64,000 nt of DNA from Octopus sinensis (GCF_006345805.1 NC_043005.1:87048001-87112000); one strand, 5' to 3'. Positions 12,764 to 26,883 are shown, counted from the stretch's first letter. Notes: generated from the letters alone by a model not told the origin. Program-made: numbers and translations.

Positions 12764-12822
12764 AAGGGCTTAGTAAAATAAATTACTTTGCCGCATAATT
12801 TATTTTACTAAGCCCTTTTATA
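12759..12822. repeat. Perfect 27-bp inverted repeat, 10-nt loop
   Basis: TAAAAGGGCTTAGTAAAATAAATTA-ctttgccgca-TAATTTATTTTACTAAGCCCTTTTA; second copy at 13796-13855. Confidence 0.95.
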
Positions 12823-12915
12823 TAATGTAATAATTTGAATTCGCCTTGAATGGCTTTGCATACTGAACACTTGGTGAAATTGATTAATAATAATTAATTT
12901 TGCCCTCAATTGTTG

Positions 12916-12954
<39 letters not shown>

Positions 12955-12965
12955 TATATATATAT

Positions 12966-13023
<58 letters not shown>

Positions 13024-13237
13024 TATGTATATATATATATATAATATATATATATGTGTATGTATAAATATATGTATATGTATATGTATGTATATATATG
13101 TGTATGTATATATATATGTATATATATATAGATCTAGTTATATATATACATGCATATGAGTGTGCATCTATATATACGTGTGTATGTGTATGAGTATACA
13201 CACACACACACATATATATATATATATTATATATATA

Positions 13238-13270
<33 letters not shown>

Positions 13271-13456
13271 AATACTACAAAATTAGAAAATGGAGAAACA
13301 TACTTAAATCAATAAAACATCAACTATCAGATGATACCCAATCAATACTTTATTACACCATTACATATCAGTAAAGGCATTATACAAAATATACAATAAA
13401 TGTAATAGACAAAGAGATATAAGTATAAAATTTCAAATATAATATGTAATTAAATC

Positions 13457-13572
13457 AAATCTGACAGCTGTTTCGGCAGTGAGGGCAGTCATACCTCATT
13501 TAACCTATAAGCCATAAAGGCAGGTATAAATGAGGCATTAACAAGAATGCCCCACGGCCTCTTCAGAGAATT
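13457..13572 (-). ncRNA. Hammerhead ribozyme, duplicate of 12423-12538
   Basis: Same motif in the second tandem unit. Confidence 0.75.
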
Positions 13573-13767
13573 AAATTTGTTATAATTGTGAAAAAAAGTA
13601 TTTATCCATATACATATAAATATAAAAATATAAAAATGTAAAATATAAAAACTATAAAATATAAAATATGTAAAATATTAGTCTTGTTGGGTACCTATCT
13701 AGCAGTATATTGGATATATGTTATCCCATGGTGGGTTGAATTTTCAACCCCTATCTCATTTTATAAC

Positions 13768-13798
<31 letters not shown>

Positions 13799-13953
13799 AA
13801 GGGCTTAGTAAAATAAATTACTTTGCCGCATAATTTATTTTACTAAGCCCTTTTATATAATGTAATAATTTGAATTCGCCTTGAATGGTCCCTTTGCATA
13901 CTGAACACTTGGTGAAATTGATTAATAATAATTAATTTTGCCCTCAATTGTTG

Positions 13954-14016
<63 letters not shown>

Positions 14017-14548
14017 TATATTATATATATATATAACCATGGATAGGATATATAAGTATTATTAGATTCACAAATAAACATACAAAGAGATGGTGTGAGT
14101 TATAACTAATAAGAAATCTGTAGATAAAACGATATCGCTGTGGTTGCTCTATTATATTGTCATTAGAAAATTACATATATGGAGCTATACAAATATGTGT
14201 GTGTATGTGTGTGTCTGTGTGCTTGTATGCATGTGTGCGTGTGACTTTCTAAAATATCATACACCATATATGTATGCGTGTGTATATGTATGTATTCATG
14301 TGTGCACTTATATACGTGGGTATGTACGTATGCATGTTTGTTAGAATGTATATACGTTTATTCGGAAATGAGTTGGGCCTCGAGCGTTCGTTCAGAATCA
14401 TAATTTTAATATCATACACAGAACTTGTAATTTATATAGAAAATAATAGTTACGTGAAAACACGAAAAACCTAGATTCAATATTTACACACACTCACACA
14501 CGCGCGCGCATATATATGCATATATATGCATATATAAGCATATATATG

Positions 14549-14602
<54 letters not shown>

Positions 14603-15143
14603 GGTAAATAAATTGATATATAAAAAAAATATACATAAATATATATATACATAAAGAAATATATAAACCCTCACATATATATGCCTTTACAAACCCTCGT
14701 GTATATATATATATATATACACGTATTAAAATGTGTGTGACTGAGTGTTTGTCCGTGTGTGAGTATGTGTATGTGTGTGTACGTTTGAGTGTGTGTATGT
14801 GTGTGTTTATACGAACACACATTCAGAGGCTGAAGTTTTTAACAAACGGAAGCCACATTGCAACGTGTTATCCTATATGTCAACCACATTAATATAAAGT
14901 GATTTCCAAAGGAACATCTGAATTGCTAAGTATATCGATACGAATATGGACACACATGAATATGTAACGGTATACTCACACGCAAAGTCGCACATATACA
15001 TAAGCAATTGTGTATGTATATATATTTACACTTATGTATGTCTTTGTGAGTGTGGGGGGGGGACTGAGGTTTTGTATGTATGTTTTTCGTGTGTGTGTGT
15101 CTGTGTCTGGGAGTTTCCGCATGTAAAAAAATGTATATACACG

Positions 15144-15181
<38 letters not shown>

Positions 15182-15377
15182 CGTATACACGTATAATATA
15201 TATATATATATACGTACCATGCGCACACATTGTCACACACCTCACAAACACATATATGTACACAATCATAGACATATAAACGTACATACATCCATATATA
15301 TGCATATGTGTGTATTTATATACACTCATATTTTTAAATATATATATTTGTATATATGTAACATGTACATTAGTATG

Positions 15378-15436
<59 letters not shown>

Positions 15437-16308
15437 TTATATATATATATATACATATATATATATGTTTGTATTAATATTTGAGGCATAAATAAACTCA
15501 TAGAACATGCGGCAAGGAAATTCTACAAAATAATGTTATAATCATTCTCCACATAGAAAGGCAATACTTAATTCATACGCGATGGGATGTAACCTTCCAC
15601 TCCATACGATAGAGATAACGAGATATCTAGATTTCATACAAGCAATCTTTACCAAAAGAGAAATGGAATTTGGCTCTTTGAAGAAGTGTATTAAATTGAT
15701 TTTTTTTTTTTTTTTTGTTGCTTTGTCTATTTTGTTTCCTGTAAGCGCATGAATTGTACTTGGTCGTATTGTTTTTTTCTTCTTTTCGTTCTTCTCTTAG
15801 GTTGTTTGGTCCCATCTTCCTTGTTGCTGTTGATTTACCTGTCGTTTTTTTCCAGCAGTGATTGAAGTATGAAGTTTGAATTACCCAATATTCGTGTATT
15901 TTATGAATGCAAATCAATTTTGTATATTTTTATTTGATTTCTTTCCCTGTTACTTAATATATGATTGTGCACCTAAAAAGATTTACACAAACATATATTT
16001 CGTATGACAGTTTTCCTACCTATACCTACTTATCATCATCCCCTCATTCTCTCTGTATCTATCTATCTGTCCATTCATGGCTGTGTCAACCTGCGATGCA
16101 AATACGAGAGTCTAGAGGCAAGGGAACTACCTCCAGTATGATTCAGTTATTCGAGTCCTATTCATTTTGCGATATAGGCAATGCCCATTTTATTGACTTT
16201 ATTTGTACAAGGTGCTGGTGACAGCAGCCGGCATAGATTTGTATGAATAGATCTCCATATAATGCATATAGTTCTCAGATGTCACTACCAAGCCATATAC
16301 ATACGTAA

Positions 16309-16362
<54 letters not shown>

Positions 16363-16462
16363 TAAATAGAGAGATCCTGACGTACCGGTGAATTAGATAT
16401 TTAACACACCACTTTGAAGGATCTCTCTTCCTAAGTTTGTTACTATATATATATATATATAT

Positions 16463-16503
<41 letters not shown>

Positions 16504-16548
16504 ATGTGCGTGTGTGTGTGTGTGTGTATGTATGAATGTATATATATA

Positions 16549-16765
16549 CTCTTCACTCTTTTACTTGTTTCAGTCATTTGACTGCGGCTATGCTGGAGCA
16601 CAGCCTTTAGTCGAGCAAATCGACCCCGGGACTTATTCTTTGTAAGTCCAGTACTTATTTTATCGGTCTCTTTTGCCGAACCGCTAATGACGGGGACGTA
16701 AACATACCAGCATCGGTTGTCAAGCAATGCTAGGGGGACACAAACACACAAACACACACACACAT

Positions 16766-16796
<31 letters not shown>

Positions 16797-16960
16797 CGAC
16801 AGGCTTCTTTCAGTTTCCGCCTGCCAAATCCACTCACAAGGCATTGGTCGGCCCGGGGCTATAGCAGAAGACACTTGCCCAAGATGCCACGCTGTGGGAC
16901 TGAACCCGGAACCATGTGGTTGGTTAGCAAGCTACTTACCACATAGCCACTCCTGCGCCT
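16549..16960 (-). mobile_element. Full-length SINE family B (tRNA-derived, CORE-like, internal microsatellite)
   Basis: Minus-strand head AGGCGCAGGAGTGGCTATGTGGTAAG...GGTTCAGTCCC (A/B-box-like); CTTGGGCAAGTGTCTT; tail ...GCAGTCAAATGACTGAAACAAGTAAAAGAG; several copies in the window. Confidence 0.92.
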
Positions 16961-19413
16961 ATATATACAAAGAGAGAGAAAGTGAGAGAAAATATGTGTG
17001 CATTTATTTCTCTATACAGATGTAGAGGGACAGTAGAATTGGTAATTATATATACACATCTGCATTATTCCTGTGTAGAGATGATTCAAGTAAGTCGTCG
17101 GCACAAAAGCACATAATGTAGATTGCAATATATTACGAACTGGTTATACCAATGCATTGTAATTCATGACAGCGGTTCACCACATTTAACTGGCATGTTA
17201 CCAGCATTTAAGAGTCAACAAATCCCTCTGTCGTAGACTTGCATATAATAACTAGTGAGTATTTTCCAAGTAAACGCTGTGATAATCCCCGTTAATTTTA
17301 GTTATTCACTCACAAAGCTATATGCGAAAGAAGGCTCTAGCTCTTTTTATACAGATTTCTGTGATGTACATACTTCATTATTTTGCCTATTCTCTATTCC
17401 TTTACACAAACACACATTCTTAACCAGACACAAAACATATATTTACTTTTTTCAATTACTTGACGATCTCTCTTCCCAAATATTTTTCTAATGTATCAAA
17501 CGTACAATTGTTTTAAAATTCAGACAACTAAAATATCATTTATTCCGTTTGTTTAATCACGCTAGAATCAATTGATATTGACATCAAACAAATTTTCTTT
17601 CTACATTTTATCGAAAAATATAATGTATTGAAATTTCCTGCACTCCATTCAAGATACATGGTAAACATTTATAGATTAAGAAACCAAAGCAGCTTCCTTT
17701 GTAATACGTACCGCAATTTACCGATGGTTGACGTACCTGTGGATACAATTAATAGATACACTTGTAAATGGTCGTTCGACTTCTGAAGAGAACAAAATAT
17801 TTCTACGAACACCTCGAGTATTTCGTTTCTTCTGTTTGAAATATGGTAACTTACCCGAAATATTAAAGGTCATCAAATAACCTATTTAAGATAATACTAT
17901 GTTTTTCTTCTTTGTTTCATTTATTGACCTCATCTTAGACATTTTGCTAAACACCTCACCTACATTGCACAAAATGTATTTTAACCATTTTTTTAGTTTT
18001 AAAATAAAGTTGCCCGTTGCTTGCGTTTCTACTTGGCACTTCATTAACATGTCTTACAAGAATTAAAATTCATTTAAATTTCCGAAACGATAGATGTACA
18101 CTGGATAGTGATGTACAATGAATATATGCAATTGCGCAGTCGTAAAATTCCTTTCATCATAAGTAAACATAATTTGTGTGGACTTGAGCGGAGACGCCGA
18201 TAACCAAAGAAACAACTGCTCGAGATAAAGGATAAGACCCCAAATATGAAGGCTCCAAGTCATCCTTCAGCAAGAAAACCAAGCTTTGTTGAAGTCACTG
18301 TGAATGGTTTAAAACAAAGCTCTTAATATGCTCATTACCTAAAGCAATAGGCTTATCGTGGAAGACGTACATCTCATGATAGTCATATTTCGCTTGGATT
18401 GAATGAAAACTAGAGCTTACATGAAGAGGTTTATAATGTTCTGGCGACTCTCATTAAAACTGCTTACATATATGTAATGTACATAATTAGGAGGTCTTTA
18501 AAGTTTAATTCGATCTCCTAGAAAGTGGAGATAAATGGTCTTCAATAAGTATTTTTCGCTGTTGAATAATACCTTGAATAAATAATTTCATTTTATGCAG
18601 AAAATAGAATGGTCCAGTCTGTAAAGCTTAAATTCACGACTTTGATGATACATGTCTGTGAGTTAAAAAAGACAGGCAACAGTTTCGATGACAGTAACAA
18701 AATAATGGACTCACTAAAACTTACAGAAATAACAGTCACGTCTTCTTTAGTTCACACTATAACGTCATAGAAAAACCATGACAATTTAGATACTACATTC
18801 CTGTATTCATAAATCTGGGAAACACAATATCAACGGCCCCAAACAAGGTGCTGTCGGTCTGCGTCGCTGAGACTTGTGTTATTTAGTAAAATTGCGAAAT
18901 AAGAGAACATTGAACACGCTAAGGAGAGTAGAAAATTCAACGTTTAGGACAGACGTGTTCAGGGAAAAGATGGCAAGAGAAAAATTCAATGAGACAGCCC
19001 AGTTTAACATCCTCTGTTTTTATAAATGCACACACAGTCACACACTACATTATATATATATATACAAAAGAGATACTCGAAGAATAGGATATCTGACCCG
19101 CTAGACAGAGCAGTTAAAATTCTAATCCACCAATTGTTGTAATTCCGAAAGTGATTGGAAAATAAAAACATTTACCTTAATCCTAGACCCTGCAAGGTTT
19201 CTTTAGACTTAAATACAGACTGAAATCAAATAACCTCAGCCTATATCTGGCGCTGCTTCTTCAGTAGGTTGCCAGGACTGAACACATAGACACGGAGCGA
19301 TAAATAACCCGCCATGTGACTATAGATTCTAATTCTTTTCAAATCTACCGCGCAGAAGTGGAACTCACCAGCACTAAAGAATAAATTGCCGATTTTCTTC
19401 CAGAATTAGCCCA

Positions 19414-19668
19414 AAAACATTTTATCATTAATTAAAATCTTAGGGTAGCAATAATATTCATAGGAAAATTCTTAGTTACTGCTCTTTCTAGCGGGTCAGA
19501 TATCCTATTCTTCGTATCTCTTTGTTGTTTGAACGTACACTGTATTCTTCTTTGAATAATATGTAGTCTATTGACTAATTCTTTCTTTCTCGCTAGACCA
19601 CTGGTAACTAAGAATTTTTCTATGAATATTCTTGCCACCCTAAGATTTTAATTAATGATTAAATTTTA
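19414..19668. mobile_element. MITE-like element with ~55-65-bp terminal inverted repeats
   Basis: 19425-19479 is the reverse complement of 19604-19658 with about 3 mismatches; non-coding interior; the right end abuts (TA)n. Confidence 0.8.
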
Positions 19669-19699
19669 TATATATATATATATATATAATATATATATA

Positions 19700-19776
<77 letters not shown>

Positions 19777-20894
19777 TATATACATATATACATATATAGC
19801 AATTGTTTCGGATCATATTACTCAATAATTATGTGTGTGTGTGTGTGTTCATTACGCGCGCATTTCACCTAATTTGGTGTTTTGCATGCTATTTACTCAT
19901 AAAGTGTGGATTGTGAATCTCATTCACTTCGGTTCCGCAATATCATCAGTACGCCTGTTCTTAATAAACTATTTCATCACCAAATTCCTAATGCATTCAT
20001 TTTCCTATTACTTCCGCAATAAATGCCTCGCTTTCATCTGCGAGCATCGTTAGTTGATAGACAATTGATTTTAATAACCTCTCTTTGTTCTTCGCGCTTT
20101 TCGTTTGTCGTTCATATTTTCTGTCCTCCCATAACGTTATTCCACCCAACAGCCTCACTCCCTTTAATTTTACTTAGGCATTTCTCACTGCTTTCCAATC
20201 GGGATCTTTGTAAAGTAATTTCGTCCGAAAACTGCCACATTGCGATCTAAATGGTTTTCTCTGTTTTCTCATAGGAGTCATATATCCACCGTGCTACCGC
20301 AAATAGTGAGTATGTACTAATAAATTTATCCTCTTCACCGAAGAACGTGGTAAACAAGTACAATTTAAGACTAAATTCTGGATTCCCATCAATGGATATT
20401 TAATGTCATTTCTCCAGTCGTTGCTTTAGTTGTTTGTAATTAAATTTGAATGTGTAAGTGAAGAAAATTTCCATTAATTTATAGTTTACAATATGGCGCA
20501 CTCACTCAGTGACATTAGAGTTATACATCAAGAAAGAGCAGCGATTTATTTTTAGATACGATTTTATTTATATGCGCTTGAGAGTATGCGCAAGTACCGA
20601 GGTATCTACGGGTGTATATGTAGGGTGTATATCTATAAAGGAGCCAAGAGCACACGCGTTCACACATGCACATACGCACACTCACGCCCACACATGTATA
20701 CACACATACATACACAAGCAAGCGCACCAAACACACACACACACACACACATACACACACACACACTCACACACGCCTGTTGTTATGTCCTGTAATTATT
20801 ATTATTGTTTTTTGTATTATTTCTGTATTTATATTCGTGTAACATCGGCCGTTTTCCCGTCCTTGTTTCGTATACATTCGAAGCCATTTTCCAA

Positions 20895-21070
20895 GGGATC
20901 TAATGCCCTTAGCTTAGTTTTTCCTTGGGGCTAGCCAGATTGGAGCAATCTCAAGATTAATCAGCCGAAATTTCGAGGATGATCCGGTTCTTGACTGAAG
21001 ATTAAAGGCTTCGAATGACCCGTCCGTTTTTTTTGTATCGTCTATCTGGATGTTTTGCGTTCTTGTCCCA
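20895..21070 (+). repeat. Dispersed repeat shared with 42800-42970 and 43525-43690
   Basis: TCTAATGC...AGCTTAGTTTTT.CTTGGGGCT.GCC.GA.TTGGAGCAA...GACTGAAGATT.AAGGCTTCGAATGA. Confidence 0.85.
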
Positions 21071-21274
21071 TTGTGTGTGTATATATATATATATCCATTC
21101 ATATAAATATATATAATAAATATATGTATATATTTATATCTTTGTATATATATGTATGCATATATGTATTTATGCATGTATGAATATAAATATTCATATA
21201 TATGTGTGTATATATATATGTGTGTGTTGTGTAGGTATATATATATATGTATGTATATGTATGCATACATATAG

Positions 21275-21485
21275 TCTTTTACTATTTTACTTGTTTCAGT
21301 CACGTGACTGATGCCATACTGGGACAGCGCCTTTAGTCGAACAAATAGACCCAAAGACATATACTTTGTAAGCCCAGTACTTATTCTATCAGGTTCTTAT
21401 GTACAACCGCTAAGTTAAGAGGAGGTAAACACATCAGCATCGATTGTCAAGCGATGTTAGGGGACAAATACAGACACACAAACAT

Positions 21486-21552
<67 letters not shown>

Positions 21553-21681
21553 GCTTCTTTCAGTTTCCGTCTACCAAATATACTCACAAGGCGATGGTCG
21601 GCCCGAGGCTATAGTGGAAGACTGAACCCAGAACCATGTGGTTGGTAAACAAGCTACTTGCCACTTAACCACTCCTTCGCT
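21275..21681 (-). mobile_element. SINE family B
   Basis: Collinear with 16549-16960, with an internal deletion near the head. Confidence 0.88.
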
Positions 21682-21686
21682 TCATG

Positions 21687-21769
<83 letters not shown>

Positions 21770-21778
21770 ACATATATG

Positions 21779-21852
<74 letters not shown>

Positions 21853-21880
21853 GTATATATATGCGTATACATATTTATAT

Positions 21881-21959
<79 letters not shown>

Positions 21960-22083
21960 GTATATATATATATATATATATGTATGCATGTATGTAGGTG
22001 TGTCAATATATATGTATTCTGTGCCACATCGTTCATTCTGCTCCGTCCCCGTCTTATCCCATTTCGAAATGAGCTTTTAATAT

Positions 22084-22118
<35 letters not shown>

Positions 22119-22471
22119 GCGGAAAAGAATAGAAATTCTTGGCTTTGTTTATCTTTGTTTTTATTTATTTATTTATTTTTGGGTTGTTTACTGAACAAAC
22201 TTCTGAGTGTTGTTAAAATTAATTCCAATATTCCATTAGAGTAGAAATGCGATTCTTTTTTTTTTCTGTCCAATTCCTTCATCAATATCTTTGAAATATA
22301 TTGAAACTTTCTCGTCAGCTGGTAAATGTCATTACAGGATATTTACTTGTCAATACGTGCATTAATATTCTCTATTCATACGATAATGATGAGCATTCTC
22401 ATCACTGGCAGATCATCATGAGCGGCAGCAGCAGCAGCAGGTGCAGTGACAGCAGCGCCATCGCCACTATC

Positions 22472-22484
<13 letters not shown>

Positions 22485-22528
<44 letters not shown>

Positions 22529-22556
22529 GTCGTCATCATCATCATCATCATCATCC

Positions 22557-22591
<35 letters not shown>

Positions 22592-22622
22592 GTCGTCGTC
22601 GTCATCATCATCATCGTCGTCA

Positions 22623-22655
<33 letters not shown>

Positions 22656-22660
22656 GTCTT
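22485..22660. repeat. (CAT)n microsatellite
   Basis: Direct; source of the poly-D, poly-S and poly-M ORFs. Confidence 0.95.
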
Positions 22661-23394
22661 TGTCATCATCATAATCATCTTCATCGTTATCATTACCATC
22701 AATATTGTCATTGTCTTTAGTGTTGTATATGGTATCATTACCATCATTATTATGATCATTATCAAAATATAAATCATCATCTTTTTTCCATTTGATTTTG
22801 TTCAACTTTTCTTATTTTTTTCCATCGGCTTCTTCAGTTTATTGTTCGTCTAGTATTTTTTACTATTTTGTTTTTCCCATCTTTTCCCCTTTTTCTTGTT
22901 TCATGTTTTTATTTATTTATTTAATTATCTATTTATTAGAAAAATAGAATACCAATGAGTTAGTAGCATCGTTAGAGAGGCAATCGAGATGATTTGTGGC
23001 ATCTCTTCCTAGTCATTAAGTTCGTGCGTTCAAATCCTGCCAAAATCGACATGTCGAAATTACATATCAAAATGAAAGAACATCTTTATTAACACTTTCG
23101 CTGTTATATGGTTTTAATTTCACTTACTTTAGATCTGTATATATTAGTTTCATTTCTATTACTTTCAATATGTATTTATATACGACATACTTCTTTCAGT
23201 TTCTTTCTACCAAATCCACTCACAAGGCTTTGGTTGACCCGTGGCCGATAATCTGTTCCATTCATCTAAGCACTGGTATCAATGTAAACGAGGAAACCGC
23301 ATATAATGATTTATATTTTGATAATGATGCTAATAATGAAGGTATGGATACCGCATGCAACCGATAATGATGATGCTGCTGTTACTGTTGCTGT

Positions 23395-23762
23395 TGAGCG
23401 AACGGTCTTCGTCCCAGAGCTCGCAAGATGAGAGAATCCGAATCGTGGTCCTTTGTTATTCGTAAGAGCCACAGAAGAGAAATCAGGCCAACCCCCGTCA
23501 TCGAGAGCATCGACGGATGGATGAATGCGCATCCAGGCTTAACGGTTGCATAGGAAATCGGGGACAAGAAACAGGAAGAAAGAGTGAGAGAAAGTTGGGG
23601 CGAAAGAGTACAACAGGGGTCGCTACCACCCCCTGCCGGAGCCTCGTTGAGCTTTAGGTGTTTTCGCTCAATAAACACACACAACGCCCGGTCTGGGAAT
23701 CGAAACTGTGATACTCCGACCGCGAGTCAGCGACCCTAACCATTGGGCCATTGCGCCTTCAC
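23395..23762 (-). mobile_element. tRNA-derived SINE family C
   Basis: Minus-strand head GTGAAGGCGCAATGGCCCAATGGTTAGGG...GTTTCGATTCCCAGACCGGGCG; body shared with 35300-35543. Confidence 0.85.
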
Positions 23763-23826
23763 TGATGGTGCTGCTGTTGCTAACACTGACTGTGCTGGTA
23801 TTGTGCCAAATTTGGAATGCATTATT

Positions 23827-24045
23827 AAGGCGATGCGCTGGCCTAATCGTTTACGGAACGAACAAAATGTTATGAAGTATTTTGTCGGTCTCTTTCTGTT
23901 CTGAGTTCAGATTCTGCTGGGATTGACTCTACTTTTCGTCCTTTCCGGTCGACGAAATAAGCAACCGATGAACTCTGGGCTCAACCTGTGCCCTCTCCCT
24001 AAATATGCCAGCCTTGTGGTAAAATTTAAAAGCATTGAAAACCAT
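23827..24045 (+). mobile_element. Heavily diverged SINE family A
   Basis: GTTCTGAGTTCAGATTCTGC...CCTTTCCGGTCGACGAAATAAG...CCTTGTGG.AAAATTT. Confidence 0.55.
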
Positions 24046-24119
24046 TATCTCTATTGATTGATATGACACAGATTCATTCTTATTCCTTGTAGAATTTTTG
24101 TGGGTAGCGGATTAATACC

Positions 24120-24990
24120 TCTAACCTTAGATATCCACTAGCTTTCTGTTCGTTTAATTTTAGGATCAGTCTCAGTCTGCGCAAGTACTCCACCTTAAAT
24201 TTTTCTGTTATTTCTTTCTCCATTAATTTATCCATTTCTAATATCCCCCAAGTACTTATAGTCTGTCTCTTCTATCTGCTTCATAACCTCCCCCGACGGT
24301 ATTGCTAGCCCAATCTATACGTTTAATTTTGCCTCTCTTCAAGACTAGCACATCGCACTTCTTCAGTCCGAACTCCATTCTGATATGAGCGCTGAAGGTA
24401 TACTCCGTACCAACAAGAGAACTGACTTGGGATTCATCTTTACCATAAAGTTTGAGGTCATCCATGAATAACAAGCGGTTGACATTTTGTTCGCGGCTCT
24501 TGTATGTCTACCCAGCATTTGCTTTCCTCAGAATCAGTGTCAGTGGTATCAAGCACAGTACAAAGATCAGTGGAGACAGACAGTCCCCTTGGTTGATGCC
24601 TTTCCTGATTTCTATTGTCCCTAAACTTCTTCCATATGCTGTCAGTTCCGCCCTCCACTTCGCCATACTTTTTCTAAGCAATCGCTCAAAATGCGCTGCT
24701 ATACCAAATATGTTTATATATTCCGTAATCCAAGAATAGGGGATCATATCGAACGCCTTACGATAAGCAATCCATGACATGGCTTATTCAGTTTCCCTCC
24801 TCTTGCAATCTCTAAGTACAGTTTTGTCTATCAGGAGTTGATCCTTGGTACCTCTGCACTTACGCTTGCAACCCTTTTGCTCATGTGACAGGACTCCATT
24901 GCTTTTCCAGATGTACGAAAATTGACTCTGCAAGTATTCCAATCAATAATTTCCACATAACTGGCAAGGATATCGGCCTGCAATTTTCTA
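24120..24990 (-). pseudogene. Decayed reverse transcriptase of an R4/Dong-type non-LTR retrotransposon
   Basis: Fragments [71 protein letters not shown] and MEFGLKKC; frameshifted. Confidence 0.88.
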
Positions 24991-24994
24991 CTGT

Positions 24995-25377
24995 GTAGCA
25001 GTATTAGAATTTTGTTTACGTCGAGTAGCCCATCCCCTCAAAATGTCTCTGAATAAGGTTTGTTTTAAGTATGATGAACAAAACACCCATGTTTCCAGAG
25101 GTGACTTATTCAAGGCCCAATGAATGCCTCTCAACACATGGCTATAATGCCCCCCCCCATGCTTCTGCTCATGATCAGAGATGCACATCTCGTCAGCCAC
25201 CAAGGGAATGCTCAACTATTTATGGTCAAAAAGCTTACCAGTAAATCTGTGGCATTGAGCAGAACATTTGCTGTAGCCCATCTTGTATCCCAAGACAAAA
25301 CAATCTACATAACACTTCCAATCAGTTAAGATCAAAAGCCATGCGAGCTACTGTCTGGTTTTATTATTATTATGAGT

Positions 25378-25421
<44 letters not shown>

Positions 25422-25434
25422 TATTATTATATTA

Positions 25435-25460
<26 letters not shown>
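24995..25460 (+). repeat. Probable LINE 3' end with (TAT)n tail
   Basis: Complex sequence running into a (TAT)n tail; terminal GAGCTACTGTCTGGT matches the reverse complement of 61995-62012. Confidence 0.5.
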
Positions 25461-25465
<5 letters not shown>

Positions 25466-25618
25466 TACTTTCAATCTGCCTGTTTGCTACAGTCATTTGC
25501 TGAGATACATCCAGTGTCCTGGGGCGAGTGAAGGATAAGAGATGTTACGTATGACTGAAAGCTTGCGGAGGGGAAGTAGCAAAAATCTTCACGTAATATA
25601 TTATGATTATTATTATTC

Positions 25619-26296
25619 TATGTTTGACTTTTGCTTTATGTCTGTACAAGTTGGCTCCAAGTCTCACCCAGAGACCTCAAGAGACAACAGGTTGGAAGTT
25701 CACGTTGTTGTTATGCCTAGTGTGCCATATAATTGGTTTTTTTTGGTGTTGTACTAGTGAATGTCTAATACATAAAAAAAAGTTTGTTTTAAACCTTGGG
25801 ATTACATAGAGAGTATTTTGCGTAGGATATGAGCAATTTCCATGAGCACTATCTTTTGAATTTCTGCCATTTTGGGGTTTCCTGGCATCTGAGTTAGGTA
25901 GCAATCAGCCCCTTTTGCTATCATTCCCAGGGCACCTATGACAACAGGTATTGTTTTAGTCTTCAGGTTCCACATTTTGCTGATTTCTATTTCAAGATCT
26001 TTATATTTACTCAGTTTTTCGTAGGTCTTGACAGATACGTTTATATCGATTGGGACTGTCATATGAATGAGGAGGCATGTTCTTTGTCTGAAGTCTTTCA
26101 ATATGATGTCTAGCCTATTTGCATCTATCTTTCTGTCAGTTTGAATGGTGAAGTTCCAGAGGAGTGAGATGAGGTCATTTTCAAGCACTGGAGATGGATT
26201 GTGTTCCCACCAGTTTTTTTCATGGGGCAAATCCAGGTTTTTTTTCATTTCGTTGTCGGCATACACGACAAGTTGGGCTACTGCCGTTCTTTAATA

Positions 26297-26299
<3 letters not shown>
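25619..26299 (-). mobile_element. Second R4/Dong-type 3' end (RLE + 3' UTR)
   Basis: ORF 25802-26266 is nearly identical to 1785-2465; ~100-bp internal deletion removes most of the knuckle and RHD; (TTA)n on both sides. Confidence 0.9.
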
Positions 26300-26368
<69 letters not shown>

Positions 26369-26422
26369 ATTATATATTATTATTATTATATTATTATTAT
26401 ATTATTATTATTATTATTATTA

Positions 26423-26511
<89 letters not shown>

Positions 26512-26883
26512 ATGTTAGTTATATTCCTATGCTGTTCCTTCGGGAGTGCACCGAGTACAATATTTGATCTTATATGTTCCAGATCATTACATTCCGTGTT
26601 TATATCCTTGTAAGGTCAGTGTAGTTCTTCATCTTGACCGGATCGATACAATCAATCACCTTCCGTTCATAATAGTTCTATCCTTGTTCCAACGTTAGAA
26701 TATTTTTTTAAAGATTTATTGTATTTTTGTCATGCATATTCAGAGTACAACCAAATCAAATTGATATGATCGAGTGCAGATAAGAAGAAACCGTTTCTAT
26801 AAAAATTAAATTCTAGAATATGTACGAAATGCCCAGCAGGGCTGTGTTTAAGTGTAATGATTCCAAAGTCATCTGTTACAGCT

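Larger units (their letters stand above)
11950..13960. repeat. ~1.03-kb tandem duplication (2 units)
   Basis: ~11950-12925 is repeated at ~12985-13960; offset is 1034 bp at the HHR; differences are mostly 1-3 nt indels. Confidence 0.95.

Noticed and set aside
19235-19266. Minus-strand CTGAAGA-AGCAGC...GCTG
   Set aside because: No GAAA or NUH segment follows.
20990-21025. CTGAAGATT...TTCGAATGACCCGTC as an HHR (also 42902 and 43628)
   Set aside because: GAAU instead of GAAA, no G10.1-C11.1 helix and no helix I.
22301-22805. Poly-D, poly-S, poly-M and poly-H ORFs
   Set aside because: (CAT)n repeat open in several frames on both strands.
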